DNA from: Felis catus | Lineage: Eukaryota | Direction: 5' to 3' | DNA length: 64,000 nucleotides | Assembly (NCBI RefSeq): GCF_018350175.1 | Contig: NC_058368.1 | Span: 73,658,001-73,722,000, forward strand | In this document: one piece after another, positions 49,494 to 62,866 of the stretch | Position numbering within the stretch: the stretch's first letter is position 1 | How the letters are laid out: each line of letters starts with the position of its first letter | The notes under the pieces: generated by a model | What the model was told of the DNA's origin: nothing | Seen by the model: the letters and a program-made list of their open reading frames with translations, nothing else | The model's database searches: none | Position numbers and translations under genes: made by a program

Positions 49494-50799
49494 GAATTTG
49501 GAACTGAGACAATGTTATTTTAACATTTGAAAGCAAGCTGGGAAGAACTGAAACTCAGGAACTCACTGATTTTTTTTTTGCTGTCACTGTTGCTCAGGAA
49601 AGGGGAGGCAGCTGAATTGATGTCTTACTTGTCAAGAATGCAAGAGAGTTCGCGCATAAATAGCATATTCCTTGTTTTACAGTATATAATGATCTGTAAA
49701 TGGATACTGATTTACTATAAAAACAATTATCCCTGTACAAAATGTCTCAGTAGGTTTATTGTGGTTGCTTCAGATCAAGGATCAAATCCAGTTGCATAAG
49801 AGATAGGTACAGTTTGCCTACTTAGGCGATTACTGCCTGAATCTGAGCTTCCCTGACGGCTGAACATTGGATGATAATAGACACTTTAGAAATATGTCAA
49901 AGGAAGCAGAGACACGGGCTCTGACAGCACGTCCTCTTACCAGTGGCAAAGACAAGGGCTGGCAGGAAGAATCCTTCTCTTTATGTACTTATGTCTGGAG
50001 AGCTCCAACAAAGCATAATGATTTTTTGTGCTTTCATTTTTAAAAGCCAAATGCTCTGAACATTTAATGCTCAGTTCATAATCAGTTTTCCCATTTTCCA
50101 TTACTCAGAGGAAACGGGAAGCCTGGATTTTAGATACAAACAATCAAAAATGGTTATTCACTTTTCATATGTTGCTGTTGATTCCTGGTTAATATTATAC
50201 AAAGCAAATCGGAGGCCATAGTGAGGAGGGTCAAAGTGGTCTAGGGGATGATGTCAGCTCACAAACAATGGGAAAGAGAGAAGTTTCTGTCTTTAGTGGG
50301 AAGAAAAATTGGTGAGCACTTTGTGATTTGGTCAGGAACGTGGTCATCTCTTGATTTCCATGCCTCTCAATTCATACCTTGCTTTGGACAAGGACTAGCA
50401 TCAAAATGGTGATGGTTTAGTTCTACCTACCTGATCTGCTTGGAAAATTTGAATATGCTAATGATGTCTCTTGGAGCGTTTTCCCCCTTTTGTAAAAGTT
50501 ATGAAAGAATGAAGTACTTCTTACGTTGTGCCTGGCTTCTTCAGTTGTACGTGATTCCTTACTAAAATCACAACAATAAACACAGATAGACAGGTCTTCA
50601 GGTAAGGAAAGGAATTTCAGATTAGAATCTAGCTGCTCACTCTCTCAACAAATATTTACCATTTCTTTTTTTCCTGCACCTAACTTCTGTGGTAAGAGGA
50701 AATATTTGGAGCCAAATCCTCAAAGATCTTAACCTCTAATAAGAGAAAAAATTGTGCAAGTTATACACATCACTATACTAGAGATATGGAGTTCTGCAA

Positions 50800-50995
50800 G
50801 AGAGGTCCAACCTTACATGATTCTAGGTGCATTTCTATCCAGGTGGGCCAGGAGTCATCATCACTTCTACTGGGTTCTGTTTGTTAGAAGTGAGCCACTA
50901 AGTCTACCCCAAATTCAAGAGGAGGGAAATTAGATTCCACCTCTCCTTGGAAAGAGTAGCAAAGTATTTGTGGACATATTTCTAAAACCTTCACA
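50800..50995 (-). mobile_element. MaLR LTR fragment (MLT1F/G-like) within L2 fragments
   Basis: catcacttctac..ttagaagtgagccactaagtc..aattcaagaggagggaaattagattccacctc. Confidence 0.75.
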
Positions 50996-52158
50996 AAGGG
51001 ATTGAGGAAGATGAGGGGAGAGCATCCAACTTGGGAAAGGGAACAGACCATGGCAGAAGTGAAAATTTAGAGATCTGTGCAGGGAACATGAACTTAAGGC
51101 TAAGCTTATTGGGGAAACAAGACAGGAAATGGAGAGAGCAGGAATTTAGACACCGTAGGGCTGGCTGGGAATCACGCAAGGCTTTTGAGCAGGGTAAGAA
51201 GAACAATTACGGCTATATTTCAGGGAGACTGGTGTAGCAGCAGTGAGGGTGATGGTTTGGGAGCATGGAGAGCAAGAAAGAGGGGACTAGTCAGAAGGCC
51301 ATTCTGGTTATGGAGGGGAATGGACTCGGAAGGGGATGGTTGGAAGAAGGTTCTAAAGCAAATGCTACTCTCCTTTTTCTTTTAGACTCTACATAGTACA
51401 AATAACTATAAAGTTTAATACTTTTTATGTGTCTGATCCAACTGTTAATGGAATCTGCCTGTGTTTTAGATGCTGCTCCTTATGGAGCTTTTACTGGGTT
51501 AGTGAATTGAGCTGTAAGCTTGATGCACAGCAGCAATTCTTTCCATGCTGATTGAGTGCAGTTTGTCCCTAGGATGGCAATTGCACCTAATGCCCACAGG
51601 GTACATTCCTAATTGAGTCTGTCTCTTAACTGTGGGAAGAGCCTGACATTATTGCTAGACTAAAACCATCCTAAATTGGAATTCTTCATGGCAAAATTGC
51701 TACCCTTTCCCCCTTTGGTTACCAACATCTCTATTAACAAGAATTATATTATTCTTCTGTAAGCACTTCAAGTGTTCATGTACTCACCTCGTATATTCAT
51801 GTACTTCATTTGCAACACAGAAACTGCCCGGGCTTCTTGAAGATGTCCATTTCTACCGCATAGGCAACCCAGGGCACCCAATAGGCAAGTGTCCAATGAG
51901 AGTAAGACTTCCAACACTGATGCTTTGACTTACCCCATTGTTCTTTAGGGAATCCAATCATTCCAGACTATAGGAATCTTTTCTCTCTCTCTCTCTTGAT
52001 TTATATGAATTTATGAGTCTCCAAGAGTTTGGCATTTAGTAATTTTCCTGATTGTGGATTAAGTGCTAGTTCATTTTCTCAGCAACCTGACTACAAGCTC
52101 ATAGATTGTATGGACCCATATTTTGGGCATCTTATTTTTTAAAATTTTATTTATTTAA

Positions 52159-52166
52159 TGTCTATT

Positions 52167-52212
<46 letters not shown>

Positions 52213-52316
52213 TGAGTGGGGGAGGGACAGAGAGAGGGAGACACAGAATCCAAAGCAGACTCTAGGCTCTGAGCTGTCAACACAGAGCCTGACACAGGGC
52301 TCAAACTCATGAACTG
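52159..52316 (-). mobile_element. 5'-truncated CAN-SINE inserted in the tail of another SINE
   Basis: Body ends at ctcaaactcatgaactg. 19-bp TSD taaaattttatttatttaa at 52140-52158 and 52317-52335. Confidence 0.9.
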
Positions 52317-52546
52317 TAAAATTTTATTTATTTAAAATTTTTTTAAAGTTTATTTATTTATTTTGAGAAAGAGACAGCATACATGGGGAAGGGGAAGAGA
52401 GAGAGGGAGAGAGAGAATCCCAAGCAGGCTCCATGCTTCCAGTGCAGAGCCCACGTGGGGCTCAAACCCATGAAACCATGAGATCATGATCTGAGCTGAA
52501 ACCAAGAGTTGGATGCTTGGGACTGACTGAGCCATCCGGGCGCCCC
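52317..52546 (-). mobile_element. CAN-SINE (host of the nested copy)
   Basis: Full body. Outer TSD tgggcat(t)ctt at 52124-52133 and 52547-52557. Confidence 0.93.
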
Positions 52547-53027
52547 TGGGCATTCTTCCAAGTGTGAGTGGAGGGTTTGTTTGTGCCTAACACATGGTGA
52601 GTGTTTACTAAACTCTCATCTGAAGAATACCACTTTAGATGAGACTGGTTCAGTTTATTTTATCTTTTCAACACATATATCCTCCACACAAGTACTTTAT
52701 TCTTTCCCTTTGTATCTCTAAATCTGAACTGCGGTTTAAAGCAAGGATTGTAATTTATAGCACTTGCCCACCCTCTTCTTTATCTTGGCGGCCTTTTTGA
52801 CCTTATGTAATAACTAGATGAAAACTTGAAGTAACCTTTAATGTCCTCAGTGTCCACTCACATGTGGATAATTTAAATGGTGATACTATGCTGTTTTGCA
52901 AATATCTGTGATTCTAAATATTTGGTTGTTTTTCTTCATTGTTAATTGTTAATATTACCTAAGAAGTAATGCAACATAATTTATTGCCCATTCATTAGAG
53001 CTTCCAATAATATCTTAGATGATTCTT

Positions 53028-53241
53028 TTTAAAATTTTTATTTATTTATTTTGAGAGACACAGAGACAGCACAAGTGGGGGAAGGGTACAGAGAGAGGGA
53101 GAGGGAGAGAGAATCCCAAGCAGGATCCACACTGCCAGTGCAGAGCCTGATATGGGGCTCAAACCCATGAAACCATGAGATCATTACCTGAGCTGAAACC
53201 AAGAGCCGGACACTCAACTGACTGAGCCACCCAGGCGCCCC
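53028..53241 (-). mobile_element. CAN-SINE
   Basis: TSD core tagatgattctt at 53016-53027 and 53249-53260. Confidence 0.95.
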
Positions 53242-53954
53242 AATATTGTAGATGATTCTTAAGGTGTATCCCAAGGTTTAGCAATGAAACAAAAGCCCTT
53301 TTTCATATGCTTTTTGTTATTGCTTATCACTGGTGGAGTATTCTGAAGCCCTCAGAACATCTTCCAGTGCTTGGACTATCAGATACAAACTGGCGACAAG
53401 GGGATTATGATGCGAGCACCCCTTTCTGCCTACATCATTATACAGGTAAGTTGTACAGTTTGCAGGAAACCATGAATAACTGTCTTATTCTGAGGAGATC
53501 AGAGAGCCCTCTAGCATAACCCTGTCACTTCAGACGTAAAAGAGGAATAAGTTGCGGAGATGTGGAGTGGTTTCTCAAGGGTGTCAAGTTCTACAGATTG
53601 TCCATGGCTTAACCCAACTTTTCTGGGTTGTGTGCTCTATCTAATAAAAAATAAAAGGACCTCTCACTTATCAAAAAATCCCTCCAACTCCCTTCTTCCT
53701 AAGCCCAACAATCCAACACCAACTAAAACCAAGATCAGAAATCTTCACTTGCTAGTTTCTTTTTCTTCTGGAGAGTTTCTTTTATCTTCCAAATCATTAT
53801 TTTCCATAGACATGGTAGAGTAGGCAGACAGCTGTTCTCTTTCTACCTTTATGTCCCATTTCTTACCTTTCATGCTTACAGTAAAGAATATTAATTACCA
53901 TTTACTAGGTAATTGGATTCATAAGAAGTTGTATTCAATAATATAGAGTGGAGT

Positions 53955-54177
53955 CGGGCGCCTGGGTGGCTCAGTTGGTTGGGTGTCTGACTTCAGCTCA
54001 GGTCACGATCTCACAGTCCATGGGTTTGAGCCCCGCATTGGGCTCTGCACTGACAGCTCAGAGCCCGGAGCCTACTTCAAGTTCTGTGTCTTCCTCTCTC
54101 TCTGCCCCTCCCCTGCTCACACACACACACTCTTTCTCTCTCAAAAATAATGAATAAAACATTAAAAAAATTTAAAA
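53955..54177 (+). mobile_element. CAN-SINE
   Basis: TSD aataatataga(g/c)tggagt at 53937-53954 and 54178-54195. Confidence 0.95.
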
Positions 54178-54380
54178 AATAATATAGACTGGAGTAATGG
54201 ACATAAGCAACTAAATTACTAACAGAAACATGTTCAGGTATAAACACATAAAATATATTTTTGAAATGTAAATATTTTGGAGGGTATGTTCATGCCATAA
54301 CAATGCTGATTTAAAAAAAAATAATTCTAGAAATAGTGCAAAAACTTTTATAGAAAATTTGAGCTTATAGGATGTTCTCT

Positions 54381-54704
54381 AAGAAGGAGGAAGAGGAAGA
54401 AGAAGAGGGGGAGAAAAAGAGGGAGGAGGGGGGAGTAAGAGAAGTCATAGAAGGAGAAGAGAAGGAAAAGAGGAAAGAGGAGTAGGAGAAAGAGGAGGAA
54501 AAAAAGAAGAAAGAGAAGGAAGAGGAAGAAGAAGAAAAAGAAAAAGAAGAAAAGAAGAAGAAGAAGAAGAAGAAGAAGAAGAAGAAGAAGAAGAAGAAGG
54601 AGTTGGAGGAGAAGGAGAGGAGGAGGAGGAGGGGGAGTAAAAGAAGAAGAAAAGAAGAAGGAGGAGGAGGAGAAAGAGAAGGAGGAAGAAGGAAAAAGAA
54701 GAGA
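54381..54704. repeat. ~320-bp polypurine tract including a pure (GAA)n run
   Basis: Direct reading; (AAG)n at ~54552-54599. Confidence 0.95.
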
Positions 54705-56814
54705 GTACTTGAATGATGCAAAAGTGATAGGCAAGTATTTTTCTATAAACTGAGCCACAAGTGGATGGTCATATCATTAGTGTTATTAGGGACAACTATA
54801 AATAATATAATTATGAGCTCTATTTGTGTCTTAAACGAAGATATAGTTCTATCATGGATTATGTGGAGATCACAGTGGTAGAAAGTTGAAGTGAGCACGT
54901 CTGAGAAGGTGAGCAGCAAGTTGGACATTGCACACAGTGGATTGGGGATGCCTCTACTGGATGGTAATTGAGAATGGAAACTCCTAAAATGGAAACTGGT
55001 AAATTTGGCCATGGTTGTTTAGGGGAGGACAGTAATCAGGTACTATGGGTATGGAGATCCTTGTGGGCTAGAGGAATATGGGTTATACAGTACTAGGGGC
55101 AGGCAATAAGACAGTCCCCAGTATTATGGAGGAGACACAATATGGACTTGAAGCAGGAAAAATAGAATACTGGTGAAGTCATGGATCACAAAGGATGGCA
55201 AGGCCTGCTGGTCACTAATTTACCTCTCTAATGCCTAAAACAGAACTTGGCACCTGGTAGGTACTCAATAAGTATTTAAAGAATAAATAGACTAGAGATT
55301 TGTTGTAGCATCATGGAAGGCCAGAGTCTGATAATATTATGGAAGAGGAGAGAAAATTTTCAAATGGGAACAATATACAAAGTCAAAAGGGTATCTTAAT
55401 TTGAAGGTTGCCAAGATGATGGATTTAGCTATATTTCCTTAAAAGCTGATGATATTTGAGGGCAACATCATTGGAGTTAGGAAAGAAAATATTTAGGGGG
55501 TCTGAGAAATAATGCACCCTCAAGCAGTCGTGTTTCTTTCTAGGGTCAGTTCTAGAACCCATTTAAGTACATTTTTATGCTTCAGCAGAGTCTTAGAGCC
55601 AAAGACCTTGTTTTTTTTTTTTTTTTTTAAGATTCATTTCCTATGATGCAGTAACCTCTAGCACAGTGATCACGTTCCAAGATATGCTTAATATTTAACA
55701 TGCTGCTGATTTACTTAATCATCTTTCAATATCAGAATTCTGTGCTTTATCAGATAAGCCTTTTTAGCTTATGGCAGGTGATATTGTTTAATCCAATCAC
55801 AAAGCATTCATCTCTGGTGATGTTGTCTTCAGTGCTGATTCAGGAACTTCCACCAAATTCAAATTTCTCATGTCTCATCCGTTGCTCAGGAAGGAAGTTG
55901 GAAAAAGGTTACAAGGTGAGTATTGATTTGATATCTCACCCTGAAATTCTGTGATTGAGTCTCTGATAGAGTAACTGTGGATTGCGTCCTATGGTTGGTT
56001 ATGTAACATGATGGTGTGGCTATTTGCATATATTTTCAGCCTCCTTAAAAGAACTTGTGAAATATTCCACTTAAAAAATTATTCTAAGTAATGTGCAAAA
56101 CAGATATCACTACTTTATCCCCAAGCTTTATTCTATTACTGAATCTGTCCCTTGGGGTGGGGATCAAGGATGGGGTCAGGGCTGGAGTAGAGTTCAGTTT
56201 CTGTTATTCACATTATTGGATAAAAAAATAGTGCTTTTAACATTTTGTCATGTTCATTTTTATACAAGTGCATAAATATGGAAGCATTGAAATGCTTGTG
56301 TCAAATTGTCCTTTCTGCTTTGTCTCTAGATAAAAAGAGACAGAGACAGTTAAAAAGATCCTCTTAATTTTCTCTAGGGCATGGGAGTTTCTAGGACCAG
56401 TTTCTACTTTCGCTCTATTTTATGGTGACTCTATAGTTAATTCTGATCCAGAACTCATATTCTTGCTAGTGCTGACTTGATTACCATGATGTCACATAGT
56501 GCTTAGTCATTCAGTCTTGAACTGGACTGGTTCTCTTGATATGCGGTCTAGAATACTCCCTTGACCTCAGATTCTCTATTGCAGAAGGTTTTGAACTGAT
56601 GATTCAGCTATATGAGGAGAAAGTCAGGCCATGGTAACAGCAAACTATATCCTCTTGTGTCTTGCTAGGTAGGTTTGGTCTATAATGTAAGTATAAATAA
56701 CAGCAGTATATGACATGGCTACATGATTGATAATGCTTCTACCAATATTATATCATTAAGTGTAGATGGAAGGGCTGTTGTGAGGGCAAGGAGCTCTTTC
56801 CACTTAAAACATCT

Positions 56815-56995
56815 TGGAGGGAAAGTGGGTAGGGGGATGGGTTAAATGGGTGATGGGCATAAAGGAGGGCATTTTTTGGGATGAGCACTCGGTGTCATAT
56901 GTAAGAGATGAATCACTGGGTTCTACTCCTGAAGCCAAGACTACACTGTATATTAAATAACTTGAATTTAAATAAAAAAAGAAAGTTAAAAAAAG
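56815..56995 (+). mobile_element. Short carnivore/felid L1 3' end
   Basis: gggatgagcactcggtgtcatatgtaagagatgaatcactgggttctactcctgaagccaa, then A tail. TSD aaacatct at 56807-56814 and 56996-57003. Confidence 0.9.
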
Positions 56996-57459
56996 AAACA
57001 TCTATACTCATTAAATTACACCAATGGACAAGTTTTTATCTGTCAATGAAACATCAAATATATCTGAAACATACAATAATTATAACAATTGGACTGTTTC
57101 CTTGTCTTTATGTATAAGTGATAGAGGAGTTGGCAGGGTCCCAATCAATGTATTCCATCCCTTCAGGTCTTCAGGGGCTAGGCTTGCACTGAGCTAGATT
57201 ATTCCGACCCTCCTCCTCCTCCCCCCCCAGGCAGCAGCTATGTGGCAAAGGTCCCTGGAGGAGGGTCTGTTAGATCTGGGCCCTACTTCTTTTCTTAGCA
57301 CCAAACAGTTTGATTAGTTTATACTCTGCATGACTCAATGCATATTAGGAACATCCAAGTCAAGTTTGGAGAGTCAAATGAGACATTGAGGCAGCTGGAA
57401 TGAAGAAAACATTTTTGTTATCTTTTTTTCCCCGTTTTACTCTTTGATGACCATTTTTT

Positions 57460-59040
57460 TTTTACTTTTCCTAGCTTTATTGAGATATAATTGACAAATA
57501 CAAATTGTATATGTTTAAGGTGTACATGTGATGATTTGATACATTGTGAAATGATCCCCACCATCAAGCTAATTACCACATTTGTCATCTCACAGAGTTA
57601 CTTTTTTAGTGTATGTGTGTGTTAAGAACACATAAAGTCTACTCTCTTAGCAAATTTCTGGTATATAATACAGTATTAACTATTGTCATAATGCCGGAAA
57701 TTGAATCTTCAGAATTTATTCATGCTGTGTAACTGAAACTCTGTATACTTTGACCAATATCTCCCCATTTTCCTCTCCCCTCAGCCTCTGGAAAGCCCCA
57801 TTCTATCTCTGATGTTATGAGTTGGACTTTTTTGATTCCACACATAAGTGAAATCATGCACTATTTGTCTTTCTGTGTCTGGCTTATTTCACTTAGCATA
57901 ATGTTCTCCAGCTTCATCCATACTAACACAAATGGCAGGATTTTCTTATTTTTGAGACTGAATTACAAATTCAGTTTCCTTTATCCATTCATCTGTCGAC
58001 AAACACTTAGGTTGTTTCCATATCCTGACAACTGTGAATAGTGCTGCAGTGAACATGACAGTGCAGATATCTCTACTGATTTCATTGCCTTTGAATATAG
58101 ACCCAGAAGTGGGATTGCCCCATCACATGGTGGTTCTATTTCTGATTTTTTGAGGAGCCTCCAGACTGTTTTCCATAATGATGTACCACCAACAGTACAC
58201 AACGCTTTTCTTTGTGTCCTTGCCAATACCTATCTTTTGTCTTTTAGATAATAGCCAGTTAACAGGTGTGAGTTGATATCTCAATGTGATTTTGTTTGTA
58301 TTTCTCTATTAGTGATGTTGAGCACCTTTTCTATACCTGTTGGCCATTTAGAGAACTGTCCATTCAGATCTTTTGTCCATTTTTTAACAGCATTGTTTTT
58401 TTCCTACTGAGCTGTTTGAGTTCCTTTTATATTTTGGATATTAACCCTTTATCAGATATATGGTTTGCAAGTATTTTCTCCTATTCTGTAAGGTAGGTTG
58501 TTGACTGTTTCCTTTGATGTGCAGAAACTTTTTGGTGGTGAAATATCATTTGTCTGTGTTTGGTTTTGTGCCTGTGCTTTCCAAAAAACAACCAAAAAAT
58601 CGTTGCCCAGCCCAATGCCAGGAGGCTTTTTCTCTATGCTTTGTTCTAGTAGCTTTACAGTCTTGGGTCTTACAGTTAAGTCTTGGATCCACTTTTAGTT
58701 GATTTTTGTAAATGGTGTGAGATAAGAGACCAGTTTCATTCTTAATGGATATCCAGTTCCATTTTGAAGAAACTGCCCTTTCCCCATTGTGGGTCTTGGC
58801 ACCCTTGTTGAAGATCAGTACATGGTGAATGTGTAAATTGTGTATGTGTATGGTGTGAGGTAAGGGCCTGAACTTATTATGTGTCACATGGATACATAAT
58901 TGTTCTGGTGAAATTTGTTGAAAAGACTATTCTTTCCCCACTGAATTGGGTTGGAATCTCTGTTAAGAATCAGTTGACCATAAATGTAAGGATATTTCTG
59001 AATTTTCACTTCTGTTCTATTGAACTATTTGCATATCTTT
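57460..59040 (-). mobile_element. Old L1MA-type 3' fragment(s)
   Basis: gctttattgagatataattgacaaat, ctactctcttagcaaattt, ggcttatttcacttagcataatg, [11 protein letters not shown]. Probably a second L1 piece after ~58845. Confidence 0.85.
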
Positions 59041-59884
59041 ACTCTGGATATATTTTTATGTTAGTCTTTAGTCAGAACTAGGTTATTACCAATTAGTAAC
59101 TATTTCTAAAATTTGTGACACTTTCTATCTTGAAAAGGCACTAATATCTTTTGTATTTTTGTTTTCTTTTAGTAACAACAACAAAATCCCTTTAGAATTC
59201 TCCTCTGTCATGCACTCACTGTATAACGTTTTCTCATTTCTTGTTAAACACATGCTTATATACATTTTGAAAGAAGAAAGACATAGGTGATCTGATTTGG
59301 GTTCAGTGGAATGATTAGGGATTGATCTAGCAGTTTGGGGACTTCCCTGACCAGTTAAAACGACAGATAACCTGTCAGGACATCTTAGCTGGTTGAAGAT
59401 GGAAATTAAAACCTCTGGGGTATTGTTAGATTTTTCTTGTAAAATTGTTTGTGCATTTTTTTTCATTATGCTTACATGTTTGCTCAAGTTTTGAATAGTT
59501 GCCTTATGACAAATTCCCAGAATTTGAAATACCAAATCTAAGGAGGATAAATATTTCATTATGTCAATGTGAAAATAAACATTTATTTTTCTGGCTCAAA
59601 TGAGCCAGCACATGTCCAATATATTATAAAAAAGTAAAGAGATAGTTATGGATATTGAGAAGTATAATGCCATTGACATTGTATATATTAATTACGTTAT
59701 GTACAAATTAAAATATATGACTATAATGTAATGAAATTGATATAATGAACATTTTTGTCTTTTGGCACTTATTTTCACATGCTCTCTAGACCAAGGTACA
59801 TCTTTTATGTGGAATGGATTTTAGCTGATAACAGGCTTGCAATGATCTCACCCACTTTTTGTAATTGTCTTCATTAAATGGCAT

Positions 59885-60965
59885 GAATTTTCAACAAATA
59901 TTCATTGAGTGGACACTGTGTTTTGGGTACATCCCAGAAGGCTGGGAATACAGCTGTGAATACAACCAGGATCCTGTACTCATAGAATTAACACCCTAAC
60001 AGGAAAGACAGATAACATGAACAAAGATATGTGGTGATAAGGACTATGAGGATACCCAAAGCAGGGAGGGGAAGGTGTAGAGAGTAACAGAGTAGAGGTT
60101 GCAGGTGGATACTTTATTTTTTTATTTTTTTTATTAAAAAAAATTTTTTTTTACATTTGTTTATTTTTGAGAAAGAGAGAGAGACAGAGCACAAGTGGGG
60201 GAGGAGCAGAGAGAGAGGGAGACCCAGAATCCGAAGCAGGTTCCAGGATCTGAGCTGTCAGCACAGAGCCCAACGCGGGGCTCGAACTCACAAACTGTGA
60301 GATCATGACCTGAGCCGAAGTCGGACACTCAACCAACTGAGCCACCCAGGCACCCCTGCAGGGAATATTTTAGAAAGGGTTGCCAGGGAAGGCCTTTTGA
60401 AGGAACATTTGAGTGGAGACTTGGATGAAATGAGGGTGTGAGCTGTGTGAATACCTGGCAGTAGAATGTTATAGTCAGAGTACAATATGCAAGTGGTTGG
60501 ATATAAGGTTCCAGGATGGGCAGTGGATGGATCATGTAGGTTGTTGTTGGTCATGGTCAAGAGTTTGGGTTTTATTATGAGAGTAGTAGAAGGCCACGGA
60601 GGATTTGGTGGGTTCAAGAGTGACATCATATTATTTGAGCTTCTAGAAGTGTTCCACGCACCGTGTATCCTTTTGTCTGAAGGCAGACAGAAGCGGAGGT
60701 GGGAAATGTAGTCAGGAGACTATTTCATGGTCCAGGTGGGAGAAGTTGGCATCTTGGACTAGTGTGGCGGAAATGAGAAGAAAAAGTTTGTTTTTGGTTA
60801 GGTCTTGAAGGTAGAGCCAATGGGATTTGTGGAGGGTTTGGACATGGAGCATGAGGGTGAGATAGCAGGGTTTTGGCCTGAGCAACTGTGGGGGTGATGG
60901 TGCCATTTCCTGAGATCTGAAAGATGGAAGAGAAGCATATTTGGGGGCAGAAATGAAAAGGTGAG
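59885..60965 (-). mobile_element. L2 fragment interrupted by a SINE
   Basis: tcaacaaatattcattgag..gctgggaatacagctgtgaa, cagggaaggcc..acatttgag, ttttggcctgagcaactg. Confidence 0.8.
60117..60356 (-). mobile_element. CAN-SINE
   Basis: Typical body with degenerate flanking repeat tgcagg..at. Confidence 0.95.
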
Positions 60966-61121
60966 AAACTCTGTTGTGAATGTGTGGAGAGTGAAATTCT
61001 GATCATGAAACAAAAATCAAGCTTAATAATGTGCTCTGGAGGAGAAGCTAATGTTTTGTTGAGAGAGCTTTTGAGGAATTACTCAATGGTGGGATTCCAT
61101 TCTCAATAAATTGATTATGTG

Positions 61122-61190
61122 AAGTAATTTATCCTATTTTAAAAAATAGTTTATCCTATTTTTTAAAAAGTAGTTTATCCTATTTTCAAA
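61122..61190. repeat. Three tandem copies of a ~24-bp unit (ta[a/g]tttatcctatttt...aaa)
   Basis: tttatcctatttt occurs three times in a row. Confidence 0.85.
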
Positions 61191-62866
61191 GTTAGTACAC
61201 TTTTTATCCTGTCAGATTACAGAATCATTTGTTTATTGGACATTTCACTTTAATAGGATGCTAGCTGCTTGTTTAAGAAAAAAAAAAAACAAAACTACAA
61301 GTCTGGTTTTCTTGGGTCAGTGATTTTTATGAGGAATATATGGACTTGAGATATGTTGATTTTATCTTAATCTGCCTTTATCCTCTTCAGTCCCCTGGAA
61401 AACATAATAATAATCTGGAATCAATGATGGATATATGTGGTGTTTATTGACTTTTCCTCAGGCTTTGATTTTGTAGGATTTGGTTTTGGACCTAACAGCA
61501 TGAACTGCATGAATATAAACCCATAGTTGTATTCAAACAGACTAAGGAATCCTGCCAGATGGAAATGTAAAAAAATTTTTATGTGCATTAAAAAAGAATG
61601 CTTTCTGCTGTCTTTTCAATTAGTTTCTTAAAGAGCATACACTCCTTTTGAGTAGGTGGGATAACCTCCCTCCTCCTGTAGAAGACAGAAAGTCTTGCAT
61701 GGTGTGTTAAGCTTTTATGATCTTGAATGGAGAGTGCCCTGAAAAGATATATAATGACCTTAAAGCTAATTATCACCAGAAATAAGGGCCACAGATCCAT
61801 ATTCTAAAACCAAAGTTACTATTTTGAGTACTCGCTCCTCAATATCTAATTGGCCCACCAAAAATAATCCAAGAAGAATTTTATACACTAGAGGGTTTGC
61901 TTTACAGCTTGTTTGGGAGGGTGCTTCTCATTGCTCTAAGTCAGGTGTTGCATGGGTGCATTGTTGAGATTTTTCTCTGAGCATGGTGAATTATATTTAT
62001 ACCTCCTCTGAAAGCTTTCTAGCCTGAATTGTTGTGACCAGGAGAGAGGAGTAGACCTCTGGGTTCTGGGGTGCTCATTTATTTTTATGATTCATAATAA
62101 TCTTTTCAGAAGACTCTTGGTCCTGCCTGTAGTAGTTAGGCTTCAGCTCAGGTCCTCGGAGAGAAGCAATGGTTTTCTCGTCAAACATGGATCCTTGTTA
62201 TCCTCCACAGTTTTTAGAAGGAATGTCGGCTTTACCCCCAGCATGACTGGGAAGCCATATGGGTTTGTACCTAAGGAACAACCCAGACTGACTGCCTTGA
62301 TATTTTTGAGAAACTCAATGGGGGGGTGGATTTTGAAGACTATGCAGCCCATCTGTTCCTTGTGATGTCTAAAATCTCTCAGGTTAAGTGATAGCAGCTA
62401 CAAACCGGGTGCCCAGACCTCCTAGTCCTGGCCCCCTGCAGAGATGCTTCAGTATAATTTTGGTAGGAAAGTCTTAGCCTATCACGATGCCCAGCATGAA
62501 AGAGCGCCATTTGAAACTTACAATTATTTCAACAGTAAGGATGGAGTTGAATATCTTGCTCACTATAACACCAGGACACGAAGTCTTTTCCATGTCTTCT
62601 TGTTCTTCCCAGCTCCCCACAGACACAGTTGTTCTCTAATTTCTCAGAAGCTGGAACAGATTTTCAGGTTACAATCTGCTCCCATCTAAGAACCTTCAGT
62701 TCTCCAGTTCTATTAATTAAAAAAATATTTTTTCTCAGGGGTTCTCGCTTCCATTACTTATGGATATGGATTTCCCCTCCCATTTTGTTACCGTACTTGG
62801 GAGATAAAGGTGGTAATTTGTTTCTTTCCTCACTTCTAAGATTCAGACAAAAAAGATTGTATTTTT

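Noticed and set aside
54348..54758. Poly-L/F/S ORFs
   Set aside because: They are translations of the polypurine tract.
55778..55921. Exon-like segment ending AAG|GTGAGT
   Set aside because: The acceptor is weak and the peptide is unrecognisable; there is no supporting evidence.
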